Shown here: positions 33,828-42,193 of the stretch, piece by piece
Layout of the letters: every line of letters starts with the position of its first letter
Position numbering within the stretch: position 1 is the first letter of the stretch
NCBI GenBank assembly: GCA_036302225.1
Contig: JAXJCX010000059.1
Location: forward strand, 7,133-71,132
DNA: 64,000 nt
DNA from: Collinsella sp.
GTDB lineage: Bacteria > Actinomycetota > Coriobacteriia > Coriobacteriales > Coriobacteriaceae
Direction of reading: 5' to 3'
Program-made: the position numbers and the translations under genes
Notes under the pieces: model-generated
The model's database searches: none
Told to the model about the DNA's origin: nothing
The model's input: only the letters and a program-made list of their open reading frames with translations

Positions 33828-35348
33828 GTGGCCCAAGAGACGTTTGGCGATCGCCTGCGACAGACTATGTCCGATCGCGACGTTCGCCAGTCGGACGTAA
33901 TCCGCGCATCGGAGATGCTCGGCAAAAAACTCGGCAAGAGTCAGATGAGCCAATATGTGAGCGGCAAGACGATCCCGCGGCGCGATGTGGCAGAGCTACT
34001 CGCCCGCATTTTGGAGGTCGATGTTACCTGGCTGCTTGCCAGTGACGCCGATCAAGGCGAGGCATCATCGCCCCGTAACGTTTCCAAGCCCGAACCCCAT
34101 CCCTCAGCTCAAATTCCAAGGAGCACCACCATGCGTACTTTTTCTAAATCCACTAAGCTTGATAACGTCCTGTATGACGTGCGCGGTCCCGTCGTCGACG
34201 AGGCTGCCCGCATGGAGGACGAGGGCGAGCGTATTCTCAAGCTCAATATCGGCAACCCGGCGCCCTTCGGTTTCCGCACGCCCGACGAGGTCATCAAGGA
34301 CATGCGCCAGCAGCTGCCCGACTGCGAAGGCTATTCCAACTCGCGCGGCCTGTTCTCTGCACGCAAGGCGATTATGCAGTACTCGCAGATCAAGGGCCTG
34401 CCCAACGTTCAGATGGAGCACATCTACACGGGCAACGGCGTGTCCGAGCTCATTCAGCTTTCGATGAACGCGCTGCTCGACAACGGCGATGAGATTCTGA
34501 TCCCCAGCCCCGACTATCCGCTCTGGACGGCGTGCGCAACCCTTGCCGGCGGCCATCCCGTGCACTATCTGTGCGACGAGCAGGCGGATTGGTATCCCGA
34601 CCTGGAGGATATGGAGTCCAAGATCACGAGCGCGACCAAGGCCCTCGTCATCATCAACCCCAATAACCCCACGGGTTCCGTCTATCCGCGCGAGGTGCTC
34701 GAGGGCATCGTTGAGGTTGCGCGCAGGCACCAGCTGATGATCTTTGCCGACGAGATCTACGACCGTCTGTGCATGGACGGCTACGAGCACGTCTCGATTG
34801 CCTCGCTCGCCCCCGATCTGCCCTGCGTCACCTTTAGCGGCCTTTCCAAGTCGCACATGATCGCGGGCTATCGCATTGGCTGGATGGTGCTTTCGGGCAA
34901 CCAGCGCTGCATGAGCGACTTCATCATGGGCGTCAACATGCTCTCTAACATGCGCCTGTGCTCCAACGTGCCGGCTCAGTCGATCGTCCAGACGGCGCTC
35001 GGCGGCCATCAGTCGGTTAACGACTACATCCGCCCCGGCGGTCGTGTCTACGAGCAGCGCAACTTTGTGTATGAGGCGCTCAACAAGATCGACGGCATCT
35101 CGGTGGTCAAGCCGCGCGCGGCGTTCTACATCTTCCCCAAGATGGATGTGAAGAAGTTCAACATCACCGATGACGAGCAGTTCGCTCTCGACCTGCTGCA
35201 CGAGAAGAAGATCCTGATCACGCGCGGCGGCGGCTTTAACTGGGCCGAGCCCGACCACTTCCGCATCGTGTATCTGCCGCGCATGGAAGTGCTCAAAGAG
35301 TCCCTCGAAGACCTCGCCGACTTCTTCGATCATTACCGCCAGAGCTAG
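33828..35348 (+). CDS. alaA: XRE-type HTH domain fused in frame to alanine/glutamate-pyruvate aminotransferase AlaA
   Basis: N-terminus FGDRLRQTMSDRDVRQSDVIRASEMLGKKLGKSQMSQYVSGKTIPRRDVAELLARILEV (HTH_XRE), then a Pro/Ser linker. The rest is collinear with E. coli AlaA (KLDNVLYDVRGP...LNIGNPAPFGF...INPNNPTG...SGLSKSHMIAGYRIGW). GTG 33828 follows AAGGAGG. An internal AAGGAG+ATG is at 34131. Confidence 0.8.
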   Translation: MAQETFGDRLRQTMSDRDVRQSDVIRASEMLGKKLGKSQMSQYVSGKTIPRRDVAELLARILEVDVTWLLASDADQGEASSPRNVSKPEPHPSAQIPRSTTMRTFSKSTKLDNVLYDVRGPVVDEAARMEDEGERILKLNIGNPAPFGFRTPDEVIKDMRQQLPDCEGYSNSRGLFSARKAIMQYSQIKGLPNVQMEHIYTGNGVSELIQLSMNALLDNGDEILIPSPDYPLWTACATLAGGHPVHYLCDEQADWYPDLEDMESKITSATKALVIINPNNPTGSVYPREVLEGIVEVARRHQLMIFADEIYDRLCMDGYEHVSIASLAPDLPCVTFSGLSKSHMIAGYRIGWMVLSGNQRCMSDFIMGVNMLSNMRLCSNVPAQSIVQTALGGHQSVNDYIRPGGRVYEQRNFVYEALNKIDGISVVKPRAAFYIFPKMDVKKFNITDDEQFALDLLHEKKILITRGGGFNWAEPDHFRIVYLPRMEVLKESLEDLADFFDHYRQS

Positions 35349-35423
35349 TGGGATAGAAGCTCCGCACTATGAAAAGCTCCCTGCAGTTGTTTTGCTGCGG
35401 GGAGCTTTCTTGAATCGGCGGAA

Positions 35424-35834
35424 CTAAATCACTATCCCGTTGCAGTGATCGATTTCGTGTTGGATGATTTCGGCGTTGTAGCCCGAGAAGTTTTTGATGC
35501 GGTGGACGAAGTTCTCGTCCAAATACTCAACCTTAATGCGGCGATAGCGGGTACAGGGACGCTCGCCGATCAGCGAGAGGCATCCTTCGCTCGTCTGATA
35601 GGCATTGACCTGCTCAAGAATTTGCGGGTTGTACATCAGGAGTGTCCTGTTGCCGTCCTTTACGCAGATGATGCGTTTGCGCACGCCGATCATGTTGGCG
35701 GCGAGGCCCACGCACTCGTGCTCATGCTCGTGGAGCGTATCCAGGAGGTCCTGCCCGGTCGCGGCATCGTCGGGTCCCGCGTCTTCGGAAGGCAGGCGTA
35801 AAAAGAACTCGGATTTCATGATGGGCTTAATCAT
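35424..35834 (-). CDS. def: Peptide deformylase (short form, all three catalytic motifs intact)
   Basis: GLAANMIG, EGCLS and QHEIDHCNG. Start trimmed to MIKPIMK after GAGGAG. 136 aa. Confidence 0.75.
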   Translation of the reverse strand: MIKPIMKSEFFLRLPSEDAGPDDAATGQDLLDTLHEHEHECVGLAANMIGVRKRIICVKDGNRTLLMYNPQILEQVNAYQTSEGCLSLIGERPCTRYRRIKVEYLDENFVHRIKNFSGYNAEIIQHEIDHCNGIVI

Positions 35835-36038
35835 GGCGGGCTCCTCATGTCTCATGCTTTCGTGGACTTTTAATAATAGCGCGGAAGGAAAGCCGCGCGT
35901 CCGCGTTACAATCTTTCGATGTTGGACCATGTTGCCAGACTCGTCGTGTACGGCGTCTGGCGTAAGTCTAGGGCTCATTTTCGCCCTGGACTGTTCCTCT
36001 GGGGCGATGCGACTGTCGTTTCAAGAGGAAGGAAATGC

Positions 36039-37451
36039 ATGGGGACCAAATCCCAAAAGCAAACTCAATCACCGTCGACAACCTCGGCAATTCTCGTCGT
36101 AATGTATGTTGCAGCTTTTGTTGTTGCGTTTAACGAGAACATCATTAACGTGGCGTTGCACGACATTATGGCGGCCTTTTCGGTGAGTGCCACCACGGCG
36201 CAGTGGCTCGTTTCGGGCTACATGATCGTGACGTCGATCTTTACGGCTATCATGGCCTTTCTGTCCGGCCGTTTCTCGACGCGCAAGCTGCTGTTTTCCG
36301 CAAGCGGATGCATGGTCGCCGGCGAAGTCCTGTGCCTGGTCGCTCCGTCGTTTAGCGTTTTGCTGCCGAGCCGTATCCTGCAGGCTGCGGGATCGGGCAT
36401 CTTGTTTCCGCTCATGATGAACGTGGTACTGTCTTGCGCCCCGCGCGAGAAGCTCGGTTTGTATCTGAGCCTGGGCGGTGCCTGCATTACGCTGGGGCCG
36501 GCGTTTGGGCCCGTGATCAGCGGTCTAATGTGCACGTTGTTTGGCTGGAGGGCGGTGTTCGTAGTGCCGCTGGTGGGCGGCATTGTGGTCGCTGCGGCGG
36601 GCGTAAAGCTTGTTCAGAATGTCGGAGAGCGTTCGAACACCACGCTTGATATTCTGTCGGTGGTTTTGCTCGCTGCCGGTATTACGGCATTTGTATATTC
36701 CGTAGGCGAGTTCTCGACCAATCTGATTGCCGGCATCGCGACGCTCTTCGCCGCCATTGTGCTGCTCGGCCTGTTTGCGGCCCGCCAGCTCAAGCTCGAG
36801 CATCCGGTGCTTAACGTGCGTCCCATGGCGAGCGTTCGTTTTTGGCCTGCGTGCTCGCTTGTGGTGGTATCGATGATGACGACGTTCTCGATGAGCGTTT
36901 TGTTGCCGCTCTATTTTGAGGGCGCATACGGCATGACCGCACTTGTTGCGGGCTTGCTCATTTTGCCGGCGATTGCCTGCAATGCTGTGACCTCGATTGT
37001 GGGCGGACGCGTGATGGACGCCCGTGGCGCATGGCCGCTGCTGCCGGTCGGCTTTGCCCTGATTGCTGTGGGGCAGACTGCAATCTCGATGACGGCCGCA
37101 AACATGAACATCGGCCTCGTCGTGGCGCTGACCGTTGTGGTGTATGCCGGAGTCGGTTTGGTGCTGAGCCCCTCGCAAACGGCCGGCTTGGAGACGCTGC
37201 CTGTCGCCGAGCATCCTCACGGAACGGCATTGCTCAACACGTGGAACATGATTGCCGCATCGTTTGGCCCGTCGCTGTTTATCGGCCTGCTCTCGAGTTC
37301 TGCGGCGACTGCCGGCGCCGCTGGCGTTGCGACCGACGTTGCCCAGGCGATTGGATTTGCGGCAGCCGTGCGTGTGGCGGCTGTAATTGCCGTGGTCGGA
37401 TTTGTGGTATCGGTTGTGTACGCTCGTCGCGAGTCGCACATGTCGCATTAA
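36039..37451 (+). CDS. MFS transporter, DHA2 (EmrB/QacA, 14-TMS) type
   Basis: ...VVMYVAAFVVAFNENIINVALHDIMAAF...GRFSTRKLLF... with ~14 hydrophobic segments. Start trimmed to MGTKSQ. Confidence 0.8.
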   Translation: MGTKSQKQTQSPSTTSAILVVMYVAAFVVAFNENIINVALHDIMAAFSVSATTAQWLVSGYMIVTSIFTAIMAFLSGRFSTRKLLFSASGCMVAGEVLCLVAPSFSVLLPSRILQAAGSGILFPLMMNVVLSCAPREKLGLYLSLGGACITLGPAFGPVISGLMCTLFGWRAVFVVPLVGGIVVAAAGVKLVQNVGERSNTTLDILSVVLLAAGITAFVYSVGEFSTNLIAGIATLFAAIVLLGLFAARQLKLEHPVLNVRPMASVRFWPACSLVVVSMMTTFSMSVLLPLYFEGAYGMTALVAGLLILPAIACNAVTSIVGGRVMDARGAWPLLPVGFALIAVGQTAISMTAANMNIGLVVALTVVVYAGVGLVLSPSQTAGLETLPVAEHPHGTALLNTWNMIAASFGPSLFIGLLSSSAATAGAAGVATDVAQAIGFAAAVRVAAVIAVVGFVVSVVYARRESHMSH

Positions 37452-37603
37452 TGTGTGCACATAGATTCTGCAGCTAGATTGAATGGCGACACCATAAACT
37501 AATGGGCGTTTTGCCGAGAGGCATGAATGTTTAAAGCGCAAAGAGTGCGCGACGGGCCCCGCGAATGGGGCGATGATGCCCGAGAGGGCCAAGAAGGAGT
37601 CTC

Positions 37604-38515
37604 ATGTCTGAGAACGAAGAGATCATGAACGAGACCGAGAACGAGACCATGGCTGCCGAGGTTGAGGCAGTCGAGACCGTGGAGACCGAAGCTGCCGAGG
37701 TTGAGGCTGCTGACGAGGTTTCCGCCGAGGAGGAGGCCGAGGTTGCCGAGGCCGCCGTTGATTACGATGACGAAGAGCTGATGGACAAGATGCAGAAGGC
37801 CGCCCGCCTGCTGCGTAGCCGTCGCTTTGCTATTTCCAAGGAGGAGGAGGCCAAGGCCGAGCGCATGGCGAACATCGAGCGCGCCATCAAGCTTCTTGAC
37901 CTCAAGCCCAAGATGGAGCAGAAGGAAATGTCCGACCTGCTGGGCATGCGCCTTCGTGAGCTCGATGGCCTGATGGCCGAGGCCGAGGCTGCCGATCTGG
38001 TCGGCCGCATCGACGACGCCGAGGGCGATATGCGCAAGATCGTCGTCTTCGCTGCCGAGGATGCCGCTGAGGGCCTGGTCGAGCTTGCCAACAAGAAGGA
38101 GAAGCTCCTGCCCGAGCTTTCTTACGAGGAGGCCACCGAGCTGATGGCCGCTCTCGATAAGGTTATCGCTCCGCTCGTCGCCATGGGCCTGGACGAGGAC
38201 CGCGGTCCTCGCGGCGGCCGTGACGATCGCGGTGGCCGTGGCGGCGACCGTGGCGGTCGCGGCGGCTTTGGTGATCGCGGTGGCCGTGGCGGCGACCGTG
38301 GCGGTCGCGGTGGCGATCGCGGCGGCCGCGGCGGCTTTGGTGACCGTGGCGGCGACCGTGGCGGTCGCGGCGGCTTTGGCGGCAACCGTGGTGGCTATGG
38401 CGACCGCGGCGGCAACCGTGGCGGCTTTGGCGGCAACCGTGGTAACGACCGTGGCGGTCGCGGTGGCGACCGTGGCGGCCGCAACGGTGGCGGCTTCCGC
38501 GGCAATCGCTTTTAA
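37604..38515 (+). CDS. MarR-like winged-helix protein with acidic N-terminal tail and C-terminal RGG/GDRGG repeat tail
   Basis: Residues 1-55 are almost only E/A/V/T. The centre ...LLRSRRFAISKEE...IKLLDLKPKMEQKEMSDLLGMRLRELDGLMAEAEAADLVGRIDDAEGDMRKIVV... looks like a MarR wHTH. The last ~100 aa are (G)DRGGRGG(F)G repeats. RBS AAGGAG is present. Confidence 0.7.
   Translation: MSENEEIMNETENETMAAEVEAVETVETEAAEVEAADEVSAEEEAEVAEAAVDYDDEELMDKMQKAARLLRSRRFAISKEEEAKAERMANIERAIKLLDLKPKMEQKEMSDLLGMRLRELDGLMAEAEAADLVGRIDDAEGDMRKIVVFAAEDAAEGLVELANKKEKLLPELSYEEATELMAALDKVIAPLVAMGLDEDRGPRGGRDDRGGRGGDRGGRGGFGDRGGRGGDRGGRGGDRGGRGGFGDRGGDRGGRGGFGGNRGGYGDRGGNRGGFGGNRGNDRGGRGGDRGGRNGGGFRGNRF
38216..38512 (+). 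repeat. In-frame degenerate tandem repeats encoding the RGG tail
   Basis: Reiterated ggtggccgtggcggcgaccgtggcggtcgcggcggctttggtgatcgc-type units. This also generates spurious ORFs in two other frames. Confidence 0.85.
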
Positions 38516-38517
38516 TT

Positions 38518-38547
38518 AGTTACGGCGTTTTACCAAACGCCGTAACC
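38518..38547 (+). terminator. Hairpin 3' of the RGG-tail gene
   Basis: gttacggcgtttt-acc-aaacgccgtaac. Confidence 0.6.
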
Positions 38548-38560
38548 GCTTGACGCTGCA

Positions 38561-38657
38561 AACCCGCCAGAGCGGCAATCTGCCTTTCAACTTCGGCGGC
38601 ATGACCAGAAGGTCAATGCCGCCTCGTTTCAAGGCACCTTGCTCGCTCTGGCGGGTT
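38561..38657. repeat. ~97-nt three-tier imperfect palindrome/long hairpin
   Basis: Outer aacccgccagagcg/cgctctggcgggtt, middle gcaatctgcct/aggcaccttgc, inner ggcggcatgacc-agaa-ggtcaatgccgcc. It shares the GGCAATCTGC and GCACCTTGC.CGCTC strings with 28096..28199. Confidence 0.65.
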
Positions 38658-38683
38658 TTCGCTGTCGGTACCAAAACATCGGT

Positions 38684-38702
38684 GTTGTCGAAGTAGTCAT
38701 TG
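38684..38702. repeat. Third copy of the TAGTCATTGGGGACGTTCT arm seen at 418..475
   Basis: 19/19 identity to 419..437. Here it is embedded in a local hairpin gtagtcatt-ggggacgttctta-aatgactac (38683..38713). Confidence 0.9.
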
Positions 38703-38720
38703 GGGACGTTCTTAAATGAC

Positions 38721-38784
38721 TACATAGCATGAGAGTGGATAATCTCCCGGTTTGAGCCTGCATTCAAGCTCAAGGTGGGAGATT
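38721..38784. terminator. 18-bp-stem hairpin between the convergent RGG-tail gene and pdxT
   Basis: gagagtggataatctccc...gggagattatccactctc with an inner ttgagc/gctcaa stem. Confidence 0.6.
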
Positions 38785-38817
38785 ATCCACTCTCGTTTCG
38801 TTTGTTGATTTCGATGC

Positions 38818-39405
38818 CTACATTTGTAGGAACAGTTCGTGGAGGCGGGTGTCGTCGTCGAGTTCGGGATGGAAGGTGACACCGAGCTGGTTGCCCTGGC
38901 GGGCGGCGACGATGCGCCCGTCGACTTTCGCTAAGGCCTTGGCGTCGCCGTGGACCTCGACGATGCGGGGCGCGCGGATAAACGTCAGCGGCACTTCACC
39001 GTCGATGCCGGCTACCTGCCCCTTGGTTCGAAAACTGCCGAGCTGCCTGCCGTAGGCATTGCGCTCGACAAGTACATCCATGGTTGCCAAACGCGGCGTG
39101 CCCTTATCGTCATGGGCGGCAAGGTCGTGAGCCAGCAGAATCAGGCCGGCGCAGGTGCCCAGGACGGGCATGCCTTCAGCGATACGGGCGCGAAGCTCCT
39201 CGAGCATGCCCAACTCATCAAGCAGCTTCCCTTGAACGGTAGACTCGCCGCCGGGAAGTACCAGACGGTCAAAGTCCTGCTTCAAATCAGCCGCCTGCCT
39301 CAGCTCAATACAGTGTGCGCCCAGCTCGGATAGCCTCGCCTCGTGCTCGGCAAAAGCACCTTGGACCGCCAGCACGGCGACCGTCTGGTCTGCGTAATCG
39401 CTCAT
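38818..39405 (-). CDS. pdxT: Pyridoxal 5'-phosphate synthase glutaminase subunit PdxT
   Basis: ...VAVLAVQGAFAEH...LVLPGGESTV...GTCAGLILLA...FIRAP...VTFHPEL. Confidence 0.9.
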   Translation of the reverse strand: MSDYADQTVAVLAVQGAFAEHEARLSELGAHCIELRQAADLKQDFDRLVLPGGESTVQGKLLDELGMLEELRARIAEGMPVLGTCAGLILLAHDLAAHDDKGTPRLATMDVLVERNAYGRQLGSFRTKGQVAGIDGEVPLTFIRAPRIVEVHGDAKALAKVDGRIVAARQGNQLGVTFHPELDDDTRLHELFLQM

Positions 39406-39425
39406 GTGCGATCCTTTCTGCTGGA

Positions 39426-40316
39426 CTAGCGTCCGCGCTCCTCCATGATGATCTCGATCTCGTCGGCGTTGATGCCCACCATGGCCTCGCCTAGGTCCTC
39501 CGAAAGCTCGGCGATGAGCTTGGCGTCGGTGAAGTTGGCCACGGCCTTGACGATGGCGGCTGCGCGCTTGGCGGGGTCGCCGCTCTTAAAGATGCCCGAG
39601 CCGACAAAGACGCCTTCGGCGCCCAGCTGCATCATCAGCGCGGCGTCGGCGGGGGTCGCTACGCCGCCGGCGGCAAAGTTCACGACGGGAAGCTTGCCCG
39701 TGGCATGGACCTCGCGCACGAGCTCGACCGGAACCTGCAGCTGCTTGGCTGCCTCAAAGAGCTCGTCGTCACGCAGGGCAACTATGTCGCGGATCTGCTT
39801 TTGGATCTTGCGCATGTGGCGCACGGCTTGGACCACGTCGCCCGTGCCCGGCTCGCCCTTGGTGCGGATCATCGTGGCGCCCTCGGCGACGCGGCGCAGT
39901 GCCTCGCCCAGGTCGCGGGCACCGCAGACAAACGGGACGTCAAACTGGGTCTTGTCGATGTGGTAGACGTCGTCGGCGGGGGAGAGAACCTCGGACTCAT
40001 CGATGTAGTCGATCTCGATGGCTTGAAGGACCTGCGCCTCGACGATGTGACCGATGCGGCACTTGGCCATGACGGGGATGGAGACGGCCTCTTGGATGCC
40101 CTTGATCATCTTGGGGTCGCTCATACGCGACACACCGCCTGCGGCGCGGATGTCGGCCGGGATGCGCTCGAGAGCCATGACGGCGCAGGCGCCTGCCTCC
40201 TCGGCGATGCGCGCCTGCTCGGGCGTGGTGACGTCCATGATGACGCCGCCCTTGAGCATCTGCGCGAGCTCGCGATTGAGTTTGACGCGATCGGCCTTGC
40301 TGGTCTGTTCTGCCAT
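39426..40316 (-). CDS. pdxS: Pyridoxal 5'-phosphate synthase lyase subunit PdxS
   Basis: ...[52 protein letters not shown]...AKCRIGH...DESEVL... Start trimmed to MAEQTS after AAGGGAG. Confidence 0.9.
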   Translation of the reverse strand: MAEQTSKADRVKLNRELAQMLKGGVIMDVTTPEQARIAEEAGACAVMALERIPADIRAAGGVSRMSDPKMIKGIQEAVSIPVMAKCRIGHIVEAQVLQAIEIDYIDESEVLSPADDVYHIDKTQFDVPFVCGARDLGEALRRVAEGATMIRTKGEPGTGDVVQAVRHMRKIQKQIRDIVALRDDELFEAAKQLQVPVELVREVHATGKLPVVNFAAGGVATPADAALMMQLGAEGVFVGSGIFKSGDPAKRAAAIVKAVANFTDAKLIAELSEDLGEAMVGINADEIEIIMEERGR

Positions 40317-40461
40317 GGTTGCTCCCTTGGTTGGCATGTGCATTGCTTGACGGAACATCCTATCGGGGAGCTGGGTATGGCGAAATACTCAGTTTTCGAG
40401 ATAATAACAAGGTCAGACTAATACCAGATTGAACGGTTCGATATGGTCAGGTGATAAACTC

Positions 40462-41898
40462 ATGCTTGACTACAATTTGGAAAAACGCGGCGAAGCATCG
40501 CTCTATGAGTATGTTTACCAGCAAATTCGAGATGATATCGTAGCTGGACGCATTGCGGCGGGGGAGCATCTTCCGTCTAAGCGCGCCTTTGCCAGTCATC
40601 TGGGAATCAGTGTCATTACCATCGAGAATGCATATAGCCAGTTACTTGCCGAGGGCTATATTTGCTCAAAGCCGCGGCGTGGCTACTACGCTTGCGAGCT
40701 TCCGGATGCACCGGTTTTGCCTTTGGCTGCGGGGAGCATCGACCGAGATACCGTCTCTGTGGGCCCCAGCGCGCATGATGTCAACGGACGGACCGAGCAA
40801 TTCGCCCCGCTCTTTCCTTCCGCTTTGGAGGCGGCGCGGCTTTGGCAAAGCGCACTGCGGGCGACGCTGGCATCCGAAGACGAACGCGAAATCTTTTCGA
40901 CCGCGCCGGCACAGGGCACCGCGCGGCTACGACGCGCTATCGCTCACCATCTGCGTGGGACGAGGGGCATGAATGTCGATCCCGACAACATCGTTATCGG
41001 TGCGGGCGCCCAGCTGCTCGATACCATGTTGGTTCAGTTGCTTGGCGCGGACAAGGTGTATGCCGTTGAGGACCCGGGCTATTTGCGTCTGACGCGCATC
41101 TATCAGGCTATGAGCTGCAAAGTTCGACATATCCCGTTGGATGATGAGGGCGTGGGCTTGAGCACTCTGCAGAAAAGCGGGACCGATGTCCTTCACCTGA
41201 TGCCGTCCCATCAGTATCCGACCGGCCTTGTGACGAGCATTGCGCGTCGCTATGCCCTGCTGAGCTGGGCCGCCGAGCAGCCGGGCCGGTATCTCATCGA
41301 AGATGACTTTGATTGTGAGTTTCGCCTTGCTGGTAAGCCGATTCCCGCGCTCGCGTCGATCGATGCCGCCCAGTCGGTTATCTACACCAACACGTTTTCG
41401 AAGAGCCTGTCATCGGCGCTGCGTCTAGCGTACATGGTGTTGCCCGATGAGCTGATGGAGCGGTTTAGGCGCAGCCTTGGTTTCTACGCCTCGTCGGTGA
41501 GTTCTGTTGACCAGGTCGCTTTGGCACGTTTGCTGGAATCGGGTGATTACGAGCGGCATGTGAACCGCGTGCGTGTTCGTGCTCGCGAGGCGCGTGATGG
41601 CCTGGCGGCGCTTGTACGGAAAGCGTTTCCGGCAGGGGAGGTCTCGATCGAGCATGCGGACGCGGGCCTTTACTGCACTGTTGTTGCGGAGCGCGGAGCG
41701 GGCGGAAGCTCTTTTGCGCGGGCTCTCACGCGCTCGGGTATTCCGTTTATCGATATCAGTGACTGTTATTGGTGTGCCGATGGTGCATTTGTCCCTGAAA
41801 ACTCAAGTCAAATTCTTGTTCAGTATGACGATCTGAATCCAAAAGTGCTAACTACCTTGGAATTGCAGCTAATGGGGGGCGCTCTGCAATCTAAGTGA
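40462..41898 (+). CDS. pdxR: MocR/GabR-type regulator (GntR HTH + aminotransferase-fold domain), PdxR-like by position
   Basis: ...LYEYVYQQIRDDIVAGRIAAGEHLPSKRAFASHLGISVITIENAYSQLLAEGY (GntR wHTH) plus a class-I aminotransferase-like domain. Divergent from pdxST, the classic PdxR arrangement. Confidence 0.8.
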   Translation: MLDYNLEKRGEASLYEYVYQQIRDDIVAGRIAAGEHLPSKRAFASHLGISVITIENAYSQLLAEGYICSKPRRGYYACELPDAPVLPLAAGSIDRDTVSVGPSAHDVNGRTEQFAPLFPSALEAARLWQSALRATLASEDEREIFSTAPAQGTARLRRAIAHHLRGTRGMNVDPDNIVIGAGAQLLDTMLVQLLGADKVYAVEDPGYLRLTRIYQAMSCKVRHIPLDDEGVGLSTLQKSGTDVLHLMPSHQYPTGLVTSIARRYALLSWAAEQPGRYLIEDDFDCEFRLAGKPIPALASIDAAQSVIYTNTFSKSLSSALRLAYMVLPDELMERFRRSLGFYASSVSSVDQVALARLLESGDYERHVNRVRVRAREARDGLAALVRKAFPAGEVSIEHADAGLYCTVVAERGAGGSSFARALTRSGIPFIDISDCYWCADGAFVPENSSQILVQYDDLNPKVLTTLELQLMGGALQSK

Positions 41899-42010
41899 GT
41901 AGACTTTTGGCATTTTGGCGACCAAGCCGTTTTACCACAAGCTATCTACCTGCACTTTATAAAGCAATTTGGCTGGTCTGCACGGCAAGTTCGAAAAAGT
42001 CTACTCACTT
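41893..42010 (+). mobile_element. MITE-like element, copy 1 (118 bp, 16-17-bp terminal inverted repeats AAGTGAGTAGACTTTT)
   Basis: Left end aagtgagtagactttt and right end aaaagtctactcactt. Roughly 85-90% identical by eye to copy 2. It supplies the pdxR stop codon. Confidence 0.75.
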
Positions 42011-42193
42011 GCCGCGCAAAGCTTCTGCATGAGAAAAAAATGGGGTTTTCAACAGTGCTTCGTCCAGCTCTCGACAAGCTTTTGGTCAGTTGGGGAGGGC
42101 TGTTGAAAACTTAGCAGTCCGTTCGGTGCCATTTTTGTTGCGTTCGCGCCAATGCGAGACCGATTGGGTTGAAATCCGTGTTTTCCTGTGCCT

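Noticed and set aside
38200-38512. Possible CRISPR-like repeat array
   Set aside because: The repeats are contiguous, degenerate, short-period, in frame and have no spacers. They are a coding low-complexity tail, not a CRISPR array. No cas genes are present in the window.
38122-38519. Proline-rich (PPRPPRSPP...) minus-strand ORF and Ala/Val-rich plus-strand ORF over the repeat region
   Set aside because: These are alternative frames of the GDRGGRGG-coding tandem repeat. Only the RGG frame is continuous with the structured N-terminal 200 aa and has an RBS and start.
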